Program-made: the position numbers and the translations under genes | The notes under the pieces: model-generated | Databases searched by the model: none | Seen by the model: only the letters and a program-made list of their open reading frames with translations | Told to the model about the DNA's origin: nothing | NCBI GenBank assembly: GCA_039801225.1 | Contig: JBDRUH010000001.1 | Span: 18,989-82,988 of the forward strand | DNA length: 64,000 nucleotides | Source: a candidate division WOR-3 bacterium | GTDB taxonomy: Bacteria; Hydrothermota; Tepidihabitantia; Tepidihabitantales; Tepidihabitantaceae | Direction of reading: 5' to 3' | In this document: positions 39,175 through 50,684 of the stretch, one piece after another | How the letters are laid out: every line of letters starts with the position of its first letter | Numbering within the stretch: position 1 is the stretch's first letter

Positions 39175-40454
39175 GCACCCGGGTTCTCCTTGTCGGTGTC
39201 GTAAAGTCCGGTCGGGAACGGTGGGCTAAAATTGAGGGTTTAGAGGAATTGGCCGCATTGTGCAAAACCTCCGGGGGAACGGTAATAGAAAAACTAATCC
39301 AGGTCCGCTCCCATCCTGACCCGGCAACCTTGATTGGCAAAGGGAAAGCCCGGGAGTTGAACACCATCTGCACCACCTACGATATCCACTTAATTGTCTT
39401 TGATGATGAACTTACCCCCACCCAGATAAGGAATCTTGAGGACATTATCGGTGTCCGGGTTATTGACCGCCCGGCATTGATTCTGGACATTTTTGCCATT
39501 CATGCCCGGACCGCCGAGGCAAAGACCCAGGTAGAACTTGCCCAGTTGGAGTATTTAAAAACCCGATTAACCGGCTCAGGACTGGAAATGTCCCGATTAG
39601 GTGGGGGTATTGGTACCCGTGGTCCAGGTGAGACGCAACTTGAGGTTGACCGCCGCCGGATTGAACAGCGAATCCAAACCCTGCGTCAAAGACTCGCCCG
39701 GATTGACCGCGAGCGACAGGTGCAGCGGAAACGGCGCAGCAATATCCTCCAATTTGTCCTTGTTGGCTACACCAATGCCGGTAAGTCAACCGTTTTCAAC
39801 CGACTAACCAGGGCGCACACAAAAGTCTCTGACGAACTCTTTGCTACCCTTGATGCCAACACTAGACTTTTGAGATTGAGTCACAATATTTCGGCGGTAT
39901 TAACCGATACCGTTGGTTTTATCCGCAACTTACCCACCCAGTTAATCGCCAGTTTCCGCTCCACTCTGGCAGAAATCAAAGATGCCGACTTAATTCTCCA
40001 TATTGCCGATGCCAGCGCCCCTCAGGTAAACGAACAGATAGCAGCGGTAAAGGAAACGCTCCAGGGACTCGGGGTGGGCGAAAAGCCGACACTACTCATC
40101 TTCAATAAAATTGATCGGGTTTTTGATGAAACAGTCCTTCTCCGGCTAAAGGAGCACTACGAAGATTCGGTATTTATCTCCGCCCTTACCGGTTATGGGA
40201 TAGAAAAACTACTAAAAAAAATACGCTCTTTCGTGAACCGTCTCTTGATAACAAAAACATTTATCATCCCCAGCGAACGCTGGGATCTGGTAACCCAGAT
40301 CCTCAACGCCGGGGAACTTCTCGGCGACGAGGAAATCAATGGCAAACGCCGTCTCAAAATAAGAAGCTTTCCGGCAGAAATTGCTCGCTTACGCAAACTC
40401 CTTACTGCCGGTCGGCTGACGGCTGAGGGCTCGACCGCTATTCCTCTATTTTAA
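39171..40454 (+). CDS. hflX: GTPase HflX
   Basis: GGGIGTRGPGETQLEVDRR, GYTNAGKST, DTVGFI, NKID. Confidence 0.96.
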   Translation: MSTRVLLVGVVKSGRERWAKIEGLEELAALCKTSGGTVIEKLIQVRSHPDPATLIGKGKARELNTICTTYDIHLIVFDDELTPTQIRNLEDIIGVRVIDRPALILDIFAIHARTAEAKTQVELAQLEYLKTRLTGSGLEMSRLGGGIGTRGPGETQLEVDRRRIEQRIQTLRQRLARIDRERQVQRKRRSNILQFVLVGYTNAGKSTVFNRLTRAHTKVSDELFATLDANTRLLRLSHNISAVLTDTVGFIRNLPTQLIASFRSTLAEIKDADLILHIADASAPQVNEQIAAVKETLQGLGVGEKPTLLIFNKIDRVFDETVLLRLKEHYEDSVFISALTGYGIEKLLKKIRSFVNRLLITKTFIIPSERWDLVTQILNAGELLGDEEINGKRRLKIRSFPAEIARLRKLLTAGRLTAEGSTAIPLF

Positions 40455-40626
40455 TTGCGCTTGCCGGACAATCCTCCGCCGCTTGATGAACACACTCTTC
40501 AGCGCCTTCCGGCACCACATCCGACTTCACATTCGCCACATCACCGTTTAGTTCAAACACATCCGGACAAGAGTCCGCACACAGTCCACAACCGGTACAC
40601 AGTTCTTTATCAATTGCTACTTTCAT
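40438..40626 (-). CDS. Ferredoxin (single cluster)
   Basis: CTGCGLC...CP...CP; GGAGG RBS. Confidence 0.92.
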   Translation of the reverse strand: MKVAIDKELCTGCGLCADSCPDVFELNGDVANVKSDVVPEGAEECVHQAAEDCPASAIKIEE

Positions 40627-40685
40627 TTTCCTCCTTTTTTAAAAACGCTATATCTAATACTGGAAAAATTTACTTTGTCAAGAAA

Positions 40686-41838
40686 TTATTCACTAAAATC
40701 TTTTGACCGGTTTTTACTCTCCGGCTCCCCTTTATTCCCTTTGGACTTAGGCATTGTCAGAAAGGCGTGGACAAACTCATCAATATCACCCTCCAGGACT
40801 TTATTGACATCATGCGTCTCCACGCCGGTCCGATGGTCCTTTACCAGTTGATAAGGAAAGAGGACATAAGAGCGAATCTGATAGCCCCAGGCAATATCGG
40901 TCTTGGCCGCATCAAACTTCTCCAATTTCGCCTCCTGCTCTTTTTTGTAATATTCGTAAAGTCGCGAGCGCAGAACCTTGAGGGCGTTCTGCTTGTTCTG
41001 AAATTGAGAGCGTTCATTCTGACAGGTTACGACAATGCCGGTAGGTAGATGGGTGATCCGCACCGCCGAACTGACCTTATTGACATTCTGACCGCCATGC
41101 CCACCAGCGCGGAATGTCTCAATTTTTAACTCATTGGGATTGAGCGCCACTTCAATCTCCTCTACTTCTGGAAGAACCGATACCGCGGCAAAACTGGTAT
41201 GACGTCGGCGATTGGCATCAAATGGCGAAATCCGAACCAGCCGGTGCACCCCCATCTCCGATTTTAAAAGCCCATAGGCATAAGCTCCGGTAACCTCCAT
41301 CGTAACATCTTTAATACCCGCCTCTTCATTGGGTTGCAGGTCAAGGATTTCGTAACTGAGCCCCTTTCTTTCAAAATAACGAGTGTATAGTCGCAAAAGC
41401 ATCTCTGCCCAATCACACGATTCGGTGCCGCCGGCCCCGGGATGAATTGAAAAAATTGCTGCCCGATTGTCCTCTGGGGCACGGAAAAGTGCCATCTTCT
41501 CAAGTTCCCCAAATTCCTGATTGATTCTCTTGAGATGGTCCTGAAGTTCCTCCAAAACCTTTTCGTCAGTTGAAAACAGTTCCTGTAACTCCTGAGTTTC
41601 TTTAATTTCTGTCTGCAATCGCTCCACCCGGTTAATGACATCTGATATTACTGCTATCCGGCGCAACACCTCTTGCGCCTCCGCGGGATTACCCCAGAAC
41701 TCCTTATTTGCCGCTTTGGTATTGAGTTGGGCGAGTTCGTTCCGGAGTTTATCTATCTCAAAGAAACTCCGTAATTTTATTTAACTGGGTAGTGAGGTTT
41801 TCCAGTTGACCCGGCTCAAGAACCTGGTAGCCACCCAT
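40686..41838 (-). CDS. prfB: Peptide chain release factor 2 with programmed +1 frameshift
   Basis: SPF and GGQ motifs; ATG 41838 opens 26 codons ending CTT TGA (41763..41758); the +1 frame continues EIDKLRNE...FWGNPAEAQ into the main ORF. Confidence 0.95.
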
Positions 41839-41848
41839 AGAATTGCGG

Positions 41849-42070
41849 TTATTTCTTCTTGGACTTTTTCTCCCCTTGGGCGTAGCGCCGCCGGAATTTC
41901 TCCACCCTGCCGGCGGTATCAACAATTTTCTGCTTACCGGTAAAAAAGGGATGACAGGCCGAGCAAATTTCTACATGGATTTTCGGTTTGGTGGAACGGG
42001 TCTTAAATGTATTACCGCAGGCGCAGGTTACCACGCATTCCTTATAATCGGGGTGGATTTTGGGCTTCAT
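41849..42070 (-). CDS. rpmE: 50S ribosomal protein L31 (zinc-binding type)
   Basis: [21 protein letters not shown]. Confidence 0.97.
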   Translation of the reverse strand: MKPKIHPDYKECVVTCACGNTFKTRSTKPKIHVEICSACHPFFTGKQKIVDTAGRVEKFRRRYAQGEKKSKKK

Positions 42071-42082
42071 TTTGACTCCTTT

Positions 42083-43354
42083 TTAACTTTCGCTCATTGA
42101 TTGCAGAAACTCTTTATTATTCCGGGTAAGACGCATCTTGTCAAGAACAAACTCCATCATCTCCACTGGGTTGAGTTCAGCAAGGAGTTTCCGGAGGACC
42201 CATATCCGGTTGAGTTCAAATTCGCTAAGCAAGAGTTCCTCCTTACGGGTCCCGGAGCGTTGGAGGTCAATCGCCGGAAAAATTCTCCGGTCCGCCAGCC
42301 GACGGTCAAGAATAAGTTCCATATTACCCGTCCCTTTGAACTCCTCAAAAATAACCTCATCCATTCTGGAGCCGGTTTCAATCAAAGCGGTGGCGATTAC
42401 GGTGAGGCTGCCGCCCTCTTCAATGTTACGCGCCGAACCAAAGAACTTTTTCGGTTTCTGGAGGGCATTGGAATCAAGACCGCCAGAAAGTGTTCGCCCA
42501 GAATGAGGCACTACCAAGTTATGAGCCCGGGCAAAGCGGGTGAGCGAATCAAGGAGAATAACCACATCATATTTATTCTCCACCAACCGCTTTGCCTTCT
42601 CTAAAACTATATCCGCCACCTGGACATGCCTCTCCGGTGCCTCATCAAATGTTGAACTCACTACCTCGGCTTTCACCGACCGTTCCATATCGGTTACCTC
42701 TTCGGGTCGCTCGTCAATCAAAAGAATGATAAGTTTGATTTCCGGGTGATTGGCGGTGATACTATTGGCGATCTTCTGCAAAAGAACGGTTTTGCCCGCT
42801 CGCGGTGGTGAAACAATCAAACCGCGCTGTCCCTTACCGATAGGAGTGAAAAGGTCCACTACCCGCATAGAAAGGTCATTGCGTTCTTCAACCTCCAGTC
42901 GGATGCGTTCCTGAGGATAAAGCGGGGTTAGGGCATCAAAAGGTATGCGTGGTCTTTCTTCAGAAAGGGGAATGCCATTTATTGTCTCAATTTTCAGAAG
43001 GGCAAAGTATCGTTCACTATTTTTCGGCGGCCGTGCCAGCCCGGTTATGGTATCACCGGTCCGCAGTCCAAACTTTTTAATCTGGGAGGGAGAAACATAA
43101 ATATCATCCGAAGATGGCAGGTAACTGTATTCCGGCGAACGGAGAAAACCAAAACCCTCCTCTAAGATTTCTAAAACACCGTCTACCTGAACGCCGCCCT
43201 CTCCCCCCTCTGCGGCTCGTTCCCGTGCCTTTGCTTCCAGAATCGCCATAATCAAACCATGCTTTCTCTTTGACCGGTAATCAGGAATGTTTAATGATTC
43301 AGCGATCTCATAGAGTTCGCTTATTTTTTTACTTTTAAGTTCTTCCTGAGTCAT
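42083..43354 (-). CDS. rho: Transcription termination factor Rho
   Basis: [42 protein letters not shown]. Confidence 0.98.
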   Translation of the reverse strand: MTQEELKSKKISELYEIAESLNIPDYRSKRKHGLIMAILEAKARERAAEGGEGGVQVDGVLEILEEGFGFLRSPEYSYLPSSDDIYVSPSQIKKFGLRTGDTITGLARPPKNSERYFALLKIETINGIPLSEERPRIPFDALTPLYPQERIRLEVEERNDLSMRVVDLFTPIGKGQRGLIVSPPRAGKTVLLQKIANSITANHPEIKLIILLIDERPEEVTDMERSVKAEVVSSTFDEAPERHVQVADIVLEKAKRLVENKYDVVILLDSLTRFARAHNLVVPHSGRTLSGGLDSNALQKPKKFFGSARNIEEGGSLTVIATALIETGSRMDEVIFEEFKGTGNMELILDRRLADRRIFPAIDLQRSGTRKEELLLSEFELNRIWVLRKLLAELNPVEMMEFVLDKMRLTRNNKEFLQSMSES

Positions 43355-43517
43355 AAGGCTCCTTTCTCTTACTTTTTATTTTCTCCCGGTAAGGAGGTCA
43401 GATATTAACTGGAGACGCTACTCCGGGATTTTTTTGCGGTATATCTCCGGCTCAACTTCTTTAGACTAATTAATTATAGAAAAAATATTTTACCTGTCAA
43501 AGAAAACCAACATCCTC

Positions 43518-44850
43518 TGTGAATATTCAGCGATAATGTCATAGGGAAATTATTCAGGGAAAATGTCATATTGACAGGTTTGGGTTTATGAGAGGGATGG
43601 GGTTGTTACTATGGTGGTAGTATGGATGAAGTATTATCGTTTAATTTCAGGAGGGTCGATATGGATAGATTGCAGGTTCTTACGAGGACTTTTGATAATC
43701 TGACGGCAGCAAGCGCTGCTAAGATACTTGATCTCAGTCCGCGCCAGGTGTTCCGTCTCAAGGCGCGGCTTCGGCAACTCGGACCGGAAGGTATAGTGCA
43801 CGGCAACCGTGGTCGCACGCCGATAAACGCCAAGCCGAAGAGGCTACGCCGTTGGGTCTTATCACTCTACGAAAAGGAGTTCTCCGACCATACCATTGCT
43901 CACTTCAGTGATGTTTTGGCCGAGGAATATCACCTCAGAGTGGGCTACAGCACCCTTTGGCGGTGGTTGCATAAGGCCAATCTTGTCCTTTCCACCTACC
44001 ACACTCCTTCCCACCGCCGACACCGGGAACGCCGGGCAAGGTTTGGCGAACTGCTCTTCTTGGACGGCAGCCCACACCCTTGGTTTGGACTATCACGCCC
44101 CTCCGTAACACTGATTCTGGCTACCGATGACGCCACCGGCAAGCCCCTCTACGGTCTCTTCGCCCCACAAGAGACCCTAAATGCTTGTTTTGAGGTGCTT
44201 TACCATATCTGCCGCAAATATGGCATCCCAGGCGCACTTTATCTCGACCGTGCCAGCCACTTCACTACTACCAGACACGGCGGCATCCACCGATTTCAAA
44301 GAGACGACCAGCTCACCCACTTTGAAGTTGCCCTCAAAACACTGGCAATTGAACCTATCTTCGCCCACAGCCCGCAAGCACGAGGAAGAGGTGAACGCAT
44401 CAATGGGTCGTTCCAGCGCCGACTCGTCCCAGAACTGCGCCGTAAGGGTATCACCGACATCGCCACTGCCACCAATTATCTCAATCAGATATTCATCCCC
44501 CAATATGCCCGGAGGTTTGGCCGACCACCAAAAGACCCAAACCCCGCCTTCCACCACATACCAAATGGCACTGACTTGAGAACCATCCTCTGCGTAAAGG
44601 AGACACGCACCGTTGCTAATGATGACACTATCTCCTACAAAGGCATCACCTATCAACTCCTCCTTACCAGACAAACACCATCCCTCGTCGGTGCGAAAAT
44701 TGAAATCCAAGTCTGGTTTGACAACTCAATCCATGCCTTCTATCCTCACCTCGGTGAAATCCCTATCCGCCCTCTCCCCAAACTCACCTCAAATACCCCT
44801 ATGACATTTTCGCTGAATACTTAGTATGACATTTTCGCTGAAATTTGACA
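43518..44850 (+). mobile_element. Insertion sequence, IS1202/ISNCY type
   Basis: TGT...ACA ends; each end carries two tandem TTCAG(C/G)GA(A/T)AATGTCATA sub-repeats; flanks TCCTC / TCCCC. Confidence 0.9.
43622..44824 (+). CDS. DDE transposase, ISNCY/IS1202 family
   Basis: N-terminal HTH (LSPRQVFRLK, HGNRGR), LDGSPH.WF, DDATG, YLDR, PQARGRGER. Confidence 0.92.
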   Translation: MDEVLSFNFRRVDMDRLQVLTRTFDNLTAASAAKILDLSPRQVFRLKARLRQLGPEGIVHGNRGRTPINAKPKRLRRWVLSLYEKEFSDHTIAHFSDVLAEEYHLRVGYSTLWRWLHKANLVLSTYHTPSHRRHRERRARFGELLFLDGSPHPWFGLSRPSVTLILATDDATGKPLYGLFAPQETLNACFEVLYHICRKYGIPGALYLDRASHFTTTRHGGIHRFQRDDQLTHFEVALKTLAIEPIFAHSPQARGRGERINGSFQRRLVPELRRKGITDIATATNYLNQIFIPQYARRFGRPPKDPNPAFHHIPNGTDLRTILCVKETRTVANDDTISYKGITYQLLLTRQTPSLVGAKIEIQVWFDNSIHAFYPHLGEIPIRPLPKLTSNTPMTFSLNT

Positions 44851-44870
44851 TCCCCTGCACCATTTCCGTA

Positions 44871-46280
44871 TCAGCGCAGTTGAGCGCGGTATTCGTAGCG
44901 GGTGAGGATATTGGGCGAGGCAATCCAGAGATAGCGGTTATCGGCATAAAGGGCGGTAATTTCTTTATTGGGCAGTCCGTTACTCTGGTCAATGGTTGTC
45001 CAGGTGTGGCTTTTTAAATTGTAGGCGATTACTCTCTCCTGCTCACCGATAAAGAGTAGTTCTTCGGTTGCCGCCATTACCCGAACCGGTTGGGAAAGGT
45101 CAAAGCCGGGAGGAATGAGATGGCTCCAGGTGTTGGTGGAGTCAAGTTGCAGAATCCCGCCCCGAATTCCGAAAAACGCCATCTTTTTGCTCGGGGTGAT
45201 GCTGAACACCCCCCAGTCGCTTTTGGCAAATGGGTCGGTTATTCGGGTTAACCCGCTGTCATGTAAGAGAAAGAGTCCGTAGTCGGTGGCCACGAGCGTT
45301 GACTCCCGCACCAAGGCGAGGGCATTCACCCGGGTTTTGAGCCGGCTGATGTTCTGGAGTTTTCCCTCTCCAGTAAGAAAATAAAGCCCATCTTCGGTGG
45401 CTAATAAGAGGGAGTTACTGGCAAGGGGAAGCAGTGCGGTCAACTTCTCCTGGCGGTGGAGGTCAAGAAGGGGAGCGATGAACCGCATTCGGGAAGGGGT
45501 AAGTTCACCCGGACGGTAAGAAAAGTGGTGCCAGTTGCCCGCCGAGTCAATGAGAGCCGCCCGGTTTTCTGATAGTAGCCAAAGACCTTCCTTTCTTTTG
45601 AGGACCTGCTGGATAGTCAGGTTAATCGGACCGAGTCGGAGCTCATTTTCCTTAAACCCGTAACGGAGGTTGTAGATGATAATCCCATAATCCTGGGCAA
45701 CCACGAAGAGGCGATTGTGCCTTTCCTCCACCCAGACCCTGGTGAACGGGTGGGAGATGAGTTGTTCGTCAACGACGAAATATGGGGTGAGGAATGGGAA
45801 CATTTTGGGGTGAGTGGTGTCTTTCTCACCGAACCAGGTGACCGGTTCTAATACTTCTGAGACCGGTGTGTACAGGTCGGCGACTCGCTCCTTGCGAAAC
45901 AGCCCGGATTCGGTATCAAAAAATGCCCCGCTGGTAGTGATACCGATGGAACGAATTTTCTTAAAAGGTGGACTGAGCCGTTGGACCCTACCCGTAATAG
46001 GAAGGTAGTGGTAAAGGGTAGATTCGGTGGCGATTAGGAGTTCATTATATGCCGGGCTAAAGGCACACAGTTTAATCTTTTCGGCGATACCATCGGCGGA
46101 AGTTAAAGTCCTTAGATGCTGGTAGCGGTGGCTATCAAAGATATAGATGCCATAGGGCACCGCAACATAAATCGCCCGGTTGCTGGTGGTGACAGAAAAG
46201 ACTTCCGCCATTGAAGGATAAACAAGCCAGTAACCGGGCTCATAACTTAAAGAAAGGGCAAAAAGGAGAAGGTGAATCAC
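44871..46280 (-). CDS. Hypothetical secreted beta-propeller protein
   Basis: Signal peptide; blade-like repeats (LLLATEDGLYF, GLPNKEITAL...LWIA). Confidence 0.7.
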   Translation of the reverse strand: MIHLLLFALSLSYEPGYWLVYPSMAEVFSVTTSNRAIYVAVPYGIYIFDSHRYQHLRTLTSADGIAEKIKLCAFSPAYNELLIATESTLYHYLPITGRVQRLSPPFKKIRSIGITTSGAFFDTESGLFRKERVADLYTPVSEVLEPVTWFGEKDTTHPKMFPFLTPYFVVDEQLISHPFTRVWVEERHNRLFVVAQDYGIIIYNLRYGFKENELRLGPINLTIQQVLKRKEGLWLLSENRAALIDSAGNWHHFSYRPGELTPSRMRFIAPLLDLHRQEKLTALLPLASNSLLLATEDGLYFLTGEGKLQNISRLKTRVNALALVRESTLVATDYGLFLLHDSGLTRITDPFAKSDWGVFSITPSKKMAFFGIRGGILQLDSTNTWSHLIPPGFDLSQPVRVMAATEELLFIGEQERVIAYNLKSHTWTTIDQSNGLPNKEITALYADNRYLWIASPNILTRYEYRAQLR

Positions 46281-46289
46281 CGGGCTCTG

Positions 46290-47846
46290 TTACTGGGCTA
46301 GTAGAATTTTAGCGAGCGCCTTCGGGATGTAGTTTAAAAGGTCACCGGCGGCAAGGGAATATCCAGTTAGCTCTTCAGCACCAATGTCACCGGCGAGACC
46401 GTGAAGGAAAGTTCCGATAAGCGCGGCGTTAATCGGCGAGGCGCCCTGGGCAATAAGACCGGCTAAGAGACCGGTGAGGACATCACCGGTCCCTCCTGAT
46501 GCCAGACCGGAGTTACCGGTTGGGTTGACAAACACCTGTCCGTCCGGCGTGGCGATAACCGTTGGTGCGCCTTTTAAGACCAAGACACATTTGTGGTTAA
46601 GGGCAAACTCCCGGGCGACAGTTATCCGGTTAGCGTTGATTTCTGCCGGGTTCTTGCTGATAAGCCGGCTCAACTCACCGGGATGAGGCGTAAGGATTAA
46701 AGGTGCCTTCACCTCTTTAAGAATTTCTATTGCCCCGGCAAGGTTGTTCAACCCGTCGGCGTCAATAACGGTGGGTTTCTCTAACCGGGGGAGGAGTTCT
46801 AAAAGGAGTTTTTTTGTCTCCGGATGGGTGGAGATACCCGGACCAATCGCAATGCTGTCAACTTTACTGAGCAGTTCTAAGATGAAGGGCAGTGCCGCCG
46901 GGCTTAAGGTCTCGGAATCGGTCTCAGGGAGCGGGTGTTTCACCGGTTCAATTGCGCAGGACTCTATCACTTGAGATATCCCTTTAGGATAGCCGAGGTG
47001 AATCAGCCCGGCACCGGAGCGCACCGCCGCCATTCCAGCAAGAACACAAGCACCAGAATAGCCCCGCGAGCCGCAGAGCAATAGGCAGGAGCCGAAACTG
47101 CCTTTATGCCCATCAGCCGGGCGCCGGGGCAGGTTTTGACGGACAAACTCCTCATCAATTAAAAAGGTTTTTGTTCTCTCCTTAAGGAGTTGGTAAGGGA
47201 TGCCAATATCGGCGACAATCAGTTTGCCGGCATAGGCTCTACCTGGATAAAGGAGTAGCCCGTATTTGGGTACTCCCATTGTTACAGTCAGGTCGGCACG
47301 AATCGCCGGTTCTAACACACCGCCGGTATCGGCATCAATTCCGGAAGGGATATCAACACTTACCACATAATTGCCACTTTCGTTGATTAGTTGGATTGCT
47401 TTGGCAAAGATACCCTGAGGTGGTGAGGAGAGCCCGGTGCCGAAGATAGCGTCAATAACAACCGACGCCCGGGAGGTGAGAGCCAACAGCCGGAAGAAAT
47501 CCTCCAGTGTGCTAACCTCTATGATTTCGTAACCGTTATTAATGAGAATCTGGGCATTGGTCCGGGCATCGCCCTTAAGCTCATCTATCTTTCCTAAGAT
47601 GAAGCAATTAACCTCTGCCCCCCGGTTGAGTAGATGCCGGGTGATGACAAACCCGTCGCCGCCGTTATTCCCCTTGCCACAGACAACAAGAAACCGCTGT
47701 TTTTTTACTTCGCCCAACTCTTTCTCTAATGCATCAACCACCGCCCTGCCCGCATTCTCCATTAATACCAATCCAGCGATTCCCCACTCCTCAATCGCCA
47801 TTCGGTCAATTTCCTTCATCTCCCGCCCGGAAACAATTGGTAACAT
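46290..47846 (-). CDS. nnr: Bifunctional NAD(P)H-hydrate epimerase/dehydratase
   Basis: LMENAG, GKGNNGGDG, DAIFGTG, HKGSFG, TPHPGE, GGTGDVL. Confidence 0.95.
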   Translation of the reverse strand: MLPIVSGREMKEIDRMAIEEWGIAGLVLMENAGRAVVDALEKELGEVKKQRFLVVCGKGNNGGDGFVITRHLLNRGAEVNCFILGKIDELKGDARTNAQILINNGYEIIEVSTLEDFFRLLALTSRASVVIDAIFGTGLSSPPQGIFAKAIQLINESGNYVVSVDIPSGIDADTGGVLEPAIRADLTVTMGVPKYGLLLYPGRAYAGKLIVADIGIPYQLLKERTKTFLIDEEFVRQNLPRRPADGHKGSFGSCLLLCGSRGYSGACVLAGMAAVRSGAGLIHLGYPKGISQVIESCAIEPVKHPLPETDSETLSPAALPFILELLSKVDSIAIGPGISTHPETKKLLLELLPRLEKPTVIDADGLNNLAGAIEILKEVKAPLILTPHPGELSRLISKNPAEINANRITVAREFALNHKCVLVLKGAPTVIATPDGQVFVNPTGNSGLASGGTGDVLTGLLAGLIAQGASPINAALIGTFLHGLAGDIGAEELTGYSLAAGDLLNYIPKALAKILLAQ

Positions 47847-47852
47847 TAGAAA

Positions 47853-47880
47853 ATTATAAAATGAGGAAATATGGTGTCAA
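47853..47880 (-). promoter_or_regulatory. Consensus sigma70 promoter of nnr (leaderless)
   Basis: TTGACA-16-TATAAT-6-ATG. Confidence 0.8.
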
Positions 47881-47953
47881 ACCCGTTTTCCCCTCGTCCG
47901 TCCTTTAGTACACGGTCCACGGTCACGGATTACGGATTTCCGGTCGCCGGTTT

Positions 47954-50029
47954 TTACTTTTTTGCGCCGAAGAGGGGATAGAGTTTGATGCGGGTTTCTT
48001 CGTCAACCGGACTGAACCGTTTGAACTGCATTGAGTGAGTCGCTCTTCCCTGGGTTAAGGAACGGAGGCTGGTGGCGTAGCCAAATGTCTTTACCAGCGG
48101 TAGTTCCGCGGTCACAATCTGATGTCCTTTGACCGGTTGCAGGTGCAGGATTCTACCACCGCGGGCGTTGATATCGGCAAGGACACTTCCCAGATACTGT
48201 TCTGGGGTAACCACCTCAAGTTCCATTATTGGCTCAAGGAATGTCGGCTGGGCGGAAAGGAACGCTTCCCGAAACGCCTGGGCGGCGGCGACTTTGAAAT
48301 CAACATCCGAGGAGTCAACCTGGTGATAGTTTCCTTCAATAATCCGCACCCGGGTGTTAATAATCGGATATCCCGCCAGGACGCCACCGTCAAAGCACTC
48401 ACCAATCGCCTCTTCAATCGGTGGTATGAACTCCTTAGGAATGAGGCCGGGCGGTATCTCGTTGACAACCCAGTTTCCCTCCCGGGAAGGTTCCAGGGCC
48501 AGTTTAACCACCGCATAGTGTCCCCGGCCACCGGTCTGGCGGATAAACCGACCTTCGGCACTGGCGCTACTGGTAACAGTCTCGCGATAAGAGACCTGTG
48601 GTTTACCGGAATGGACGCCAACCCGAAAGTCGCGCTCCAGCCGGTCAATGAGAATCTCTAAGTGGAGTTCGCCCATACCCGAGAGGATAAGTTGCCCGGT
48701 CTCCTCGTCGGTGCGCACTTTAAAGGTTGGGTCCTCAAGCGCCATAGTCTCAAGCGCATTGTGGAGTTTCTCGTCATCCGCCTTGCTCTTGGGTTCAATC
48801 GCCAGAAAGACCACCGGCTCAGGTGGCTTAATTGGTTCAAACGCAATTGGCTGGGCAAGGTCGGCAAGGGTATCGCCGGTCTGGATATCCTTCAGTCCAA
48901 TAACCACGCCGATTTCACCGGCAGTCAATTCCGCCACCTCCTGAACCCGGTTGGCATGCACTACCGCCAGTCTGGGTATCCGAACCCGTTTCATCTTCGG
49001 CACCGCCATTACCACATCACCCGATTTAACCTTTCCAGAATAAATCCGGATATATGAGAGCATCCCGCGATTGGGGTCAAAGGCAAGTTTGAATACCAGG
49101 GCGGCAAAGGGTGCCTGCGGGTCTACCGCTCTTATTTCCTCCTGGTTTGTTTTGGGGTTGAAGCCCTTAGCCGGTGGAATGTCCAAAGGTGATGGTAGAT
49201 AATCAACTATCCCGTCAAGGAGTTTTTGAATTCCTTTATTTTTGAGCGCGGTGCCGCAGAAAACCGGCACAATCCGTAACTCTAATGTCCCTTTACGAAT
49301 TGCCGATTTGATGTCCAGGGAAGTGATTTTATCCCCGGCAAGGTATTTTTCTAAAAGGGCTTCATCAAATGTTGTGAGGATATCCAAGAGTTTATGCCGT
49401 GCCGCCGCCACCTCCTTAAGCCGTTCCTCAGGAATGGGCTGAATCTCGTAGGTGGCGCCCAGGTCCTCGGTATGCCAGATGTATGCCTCTTCGGTGATTA
49501 GGTCAATTACGCCGGTGAAGTGGTCCTCAACCCCTATCGGCAGTTGCACCGGCACCGGAATCTCTTGAAACTTTTCCGCCATCATTTTAACCACCCGATA
49601 GAAGTCGGCACCGAGCCGGTCCAGTTTATTAACAAAGGCGATGCGGGGCACTTGATAGCGGTCCGCCTGACGCCAGACCGTCTCCGACTGCGGCTCAACA
49701 CCACCAACGCCACAGAAGACAATAACGGCACCATCCAACACCTTCAGCGAGCGTTCCACCTCAATGGTGAAATCCACATGACCCGGGGTGTCAATGATGT
49801 TAATCCGGTGGTTTAGCCAATAAACGGTAGTTGCCGCGGCGGTGATGGTGATGCCTCGCTCTCGTTCCTGGGTCATCCAGTCCATTTGGGTTGTGCCTTC
49901 ATCAATCTCGCCCATCCGGTGAATCCTGCCGGTATAATAGAGAATCCGCTCGGTGGTGGTGGTCTTACCGGCATCAATATGTGCCGCGATGCCGATGTTA
50001 CGAATAGATTTCAGGTCTTTTTCCAACAT
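47954..50029 (-). CDS. fusA: Elongation factor G
   Basis: [38 protein letters not shown]. Confidence 0.96.
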   Translation of the reverse strand: MLEKDLKSIRNIGIAAHIDAGKTTTTERILYYTGRIHRMGEIDEGTTQMDWMTQERERGITITAAATTVYWLNHRINIIDTPGHVDFTIEVERSLKVLDGAVIVFCGVGGVEPQSETVWRQADRYQVPRIAFVNKLDRLGADFYRVVKMMAEKFQEIPVPVQLPIGVEDHFTGVIDLITEEAYIWHTEDLGATYEIQPIPEERLKEVAAARHKLLDILTTFDEALLEKYLAGDKITSLDIKSAIRKGTLELRIVPVFCGTALKNKGIQKLLDGIVDYLPSPLDIPPAKGFNPKTNQEEIRAVDPQAPFAALVFKLAFDPNRGMLSYIRIYSGKVKSGDVVMAVPKMKRVRIPRLAVVHANRVQEVAELTAGEIGVVIGLKDIQTGDTLADLAQPIAFEPIKPPEPVVFLAIEPKSKADDEKLHNALETMALEDPTFKVRTDEETGQLILSGMGELHLEILIDRLERDFRVGVHSGKPQVSYRETVTSSASAEGRFIRQTGGRGHYAVVKLALEPSREGNWVVNEIPPGLIPKEFIPPIEEAIGECFDGGVLAGYPIINTRVRIIEGNYHQVDSSDVDFKVAAAQAFREAFLSAQPTFLEPIMELEVVTPEQYLGSVLADINARGGRILHLQPVKGHQIVTAELPLVKTFGYATSLRSLTQGRATHSMQFKRFSPVDEETRIKLYPLFGAKK

Positions 50030-50204
50030 AGAAGGGATATGTTAGCACCTTAAGCGGAAGTGTCAAGCCAAGTTGAGTGTAGGGCAAACCTTCAGGTTTG
50101 CATTCCTTAGATGACCGTTAACCGTCATCCGTCCTCCGTTTTCCGGGGCACGGTCACGAACCACGGTTGTTTACCTTTTATCAAATTATTATTGTAAAAA
50201 TCGG

Positions 50205-50549
50205 TTAAAGTTCTCTCTTTACCTCTCTTGTTAAAAGAGATTTCCAGCCGCTTTTTAGACTTCTTTTTGGGTCTGAACTTAGGATTAAATGAAAAGCCAC
50301 TCCTATGAAACTATTTAGACTACCTTTTATAAACATTGCTCCATTTGATTTTCCCTTTGAATTTAAATCCGATTTTACCATAAAACTTAGAATCTAACCC
50401 AAAACCGAATTAGGAAGGGGTTTTACCACCCTAGTGCTGGAGTGGACAGCCCCCAAGCAAAACTGTGTTCAGGTTAAGTTATTTAATTACGATACTTAAC
50501 TCAATTTTAGCCATCAGAATTTTGTGTATATATAAATACACTTAGCCTT
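50205..50549 (-). repeat. Conserved non-coding element B (inverted homologue of 7164..7503)
   Basis: Palindrome 50524..50541, 28-bp inverted repeat 50473..50500 and 37-bp G/C block 50418..50454 are identical to element A. Confidence 0.9.
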
Positions 50550-50684
50550 AAACCCCTTCCTTTCTCTTACGCCCTTCATCATTACGAGACACAAAAGCGG
50601 CGAAAGACTCATATTGCCGGAGGTTCCTCGCCAGACTCTAAATGTAGGGCAAACCTTGAGGTTTGCAAGGCTCCAAACTATGAA

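Noticed and set aside
43490..43517. dif/Xer site targeted by the IS
   Set aside because: Neither flank resembles an 11-6-11 XerC/XerD site
50042..50068. Possible CIRCE element (starts TTAGCAC)
   Set aside because: Right arm does not match GAGTGCTAA; better explained as the fusA promoter on the minus strand
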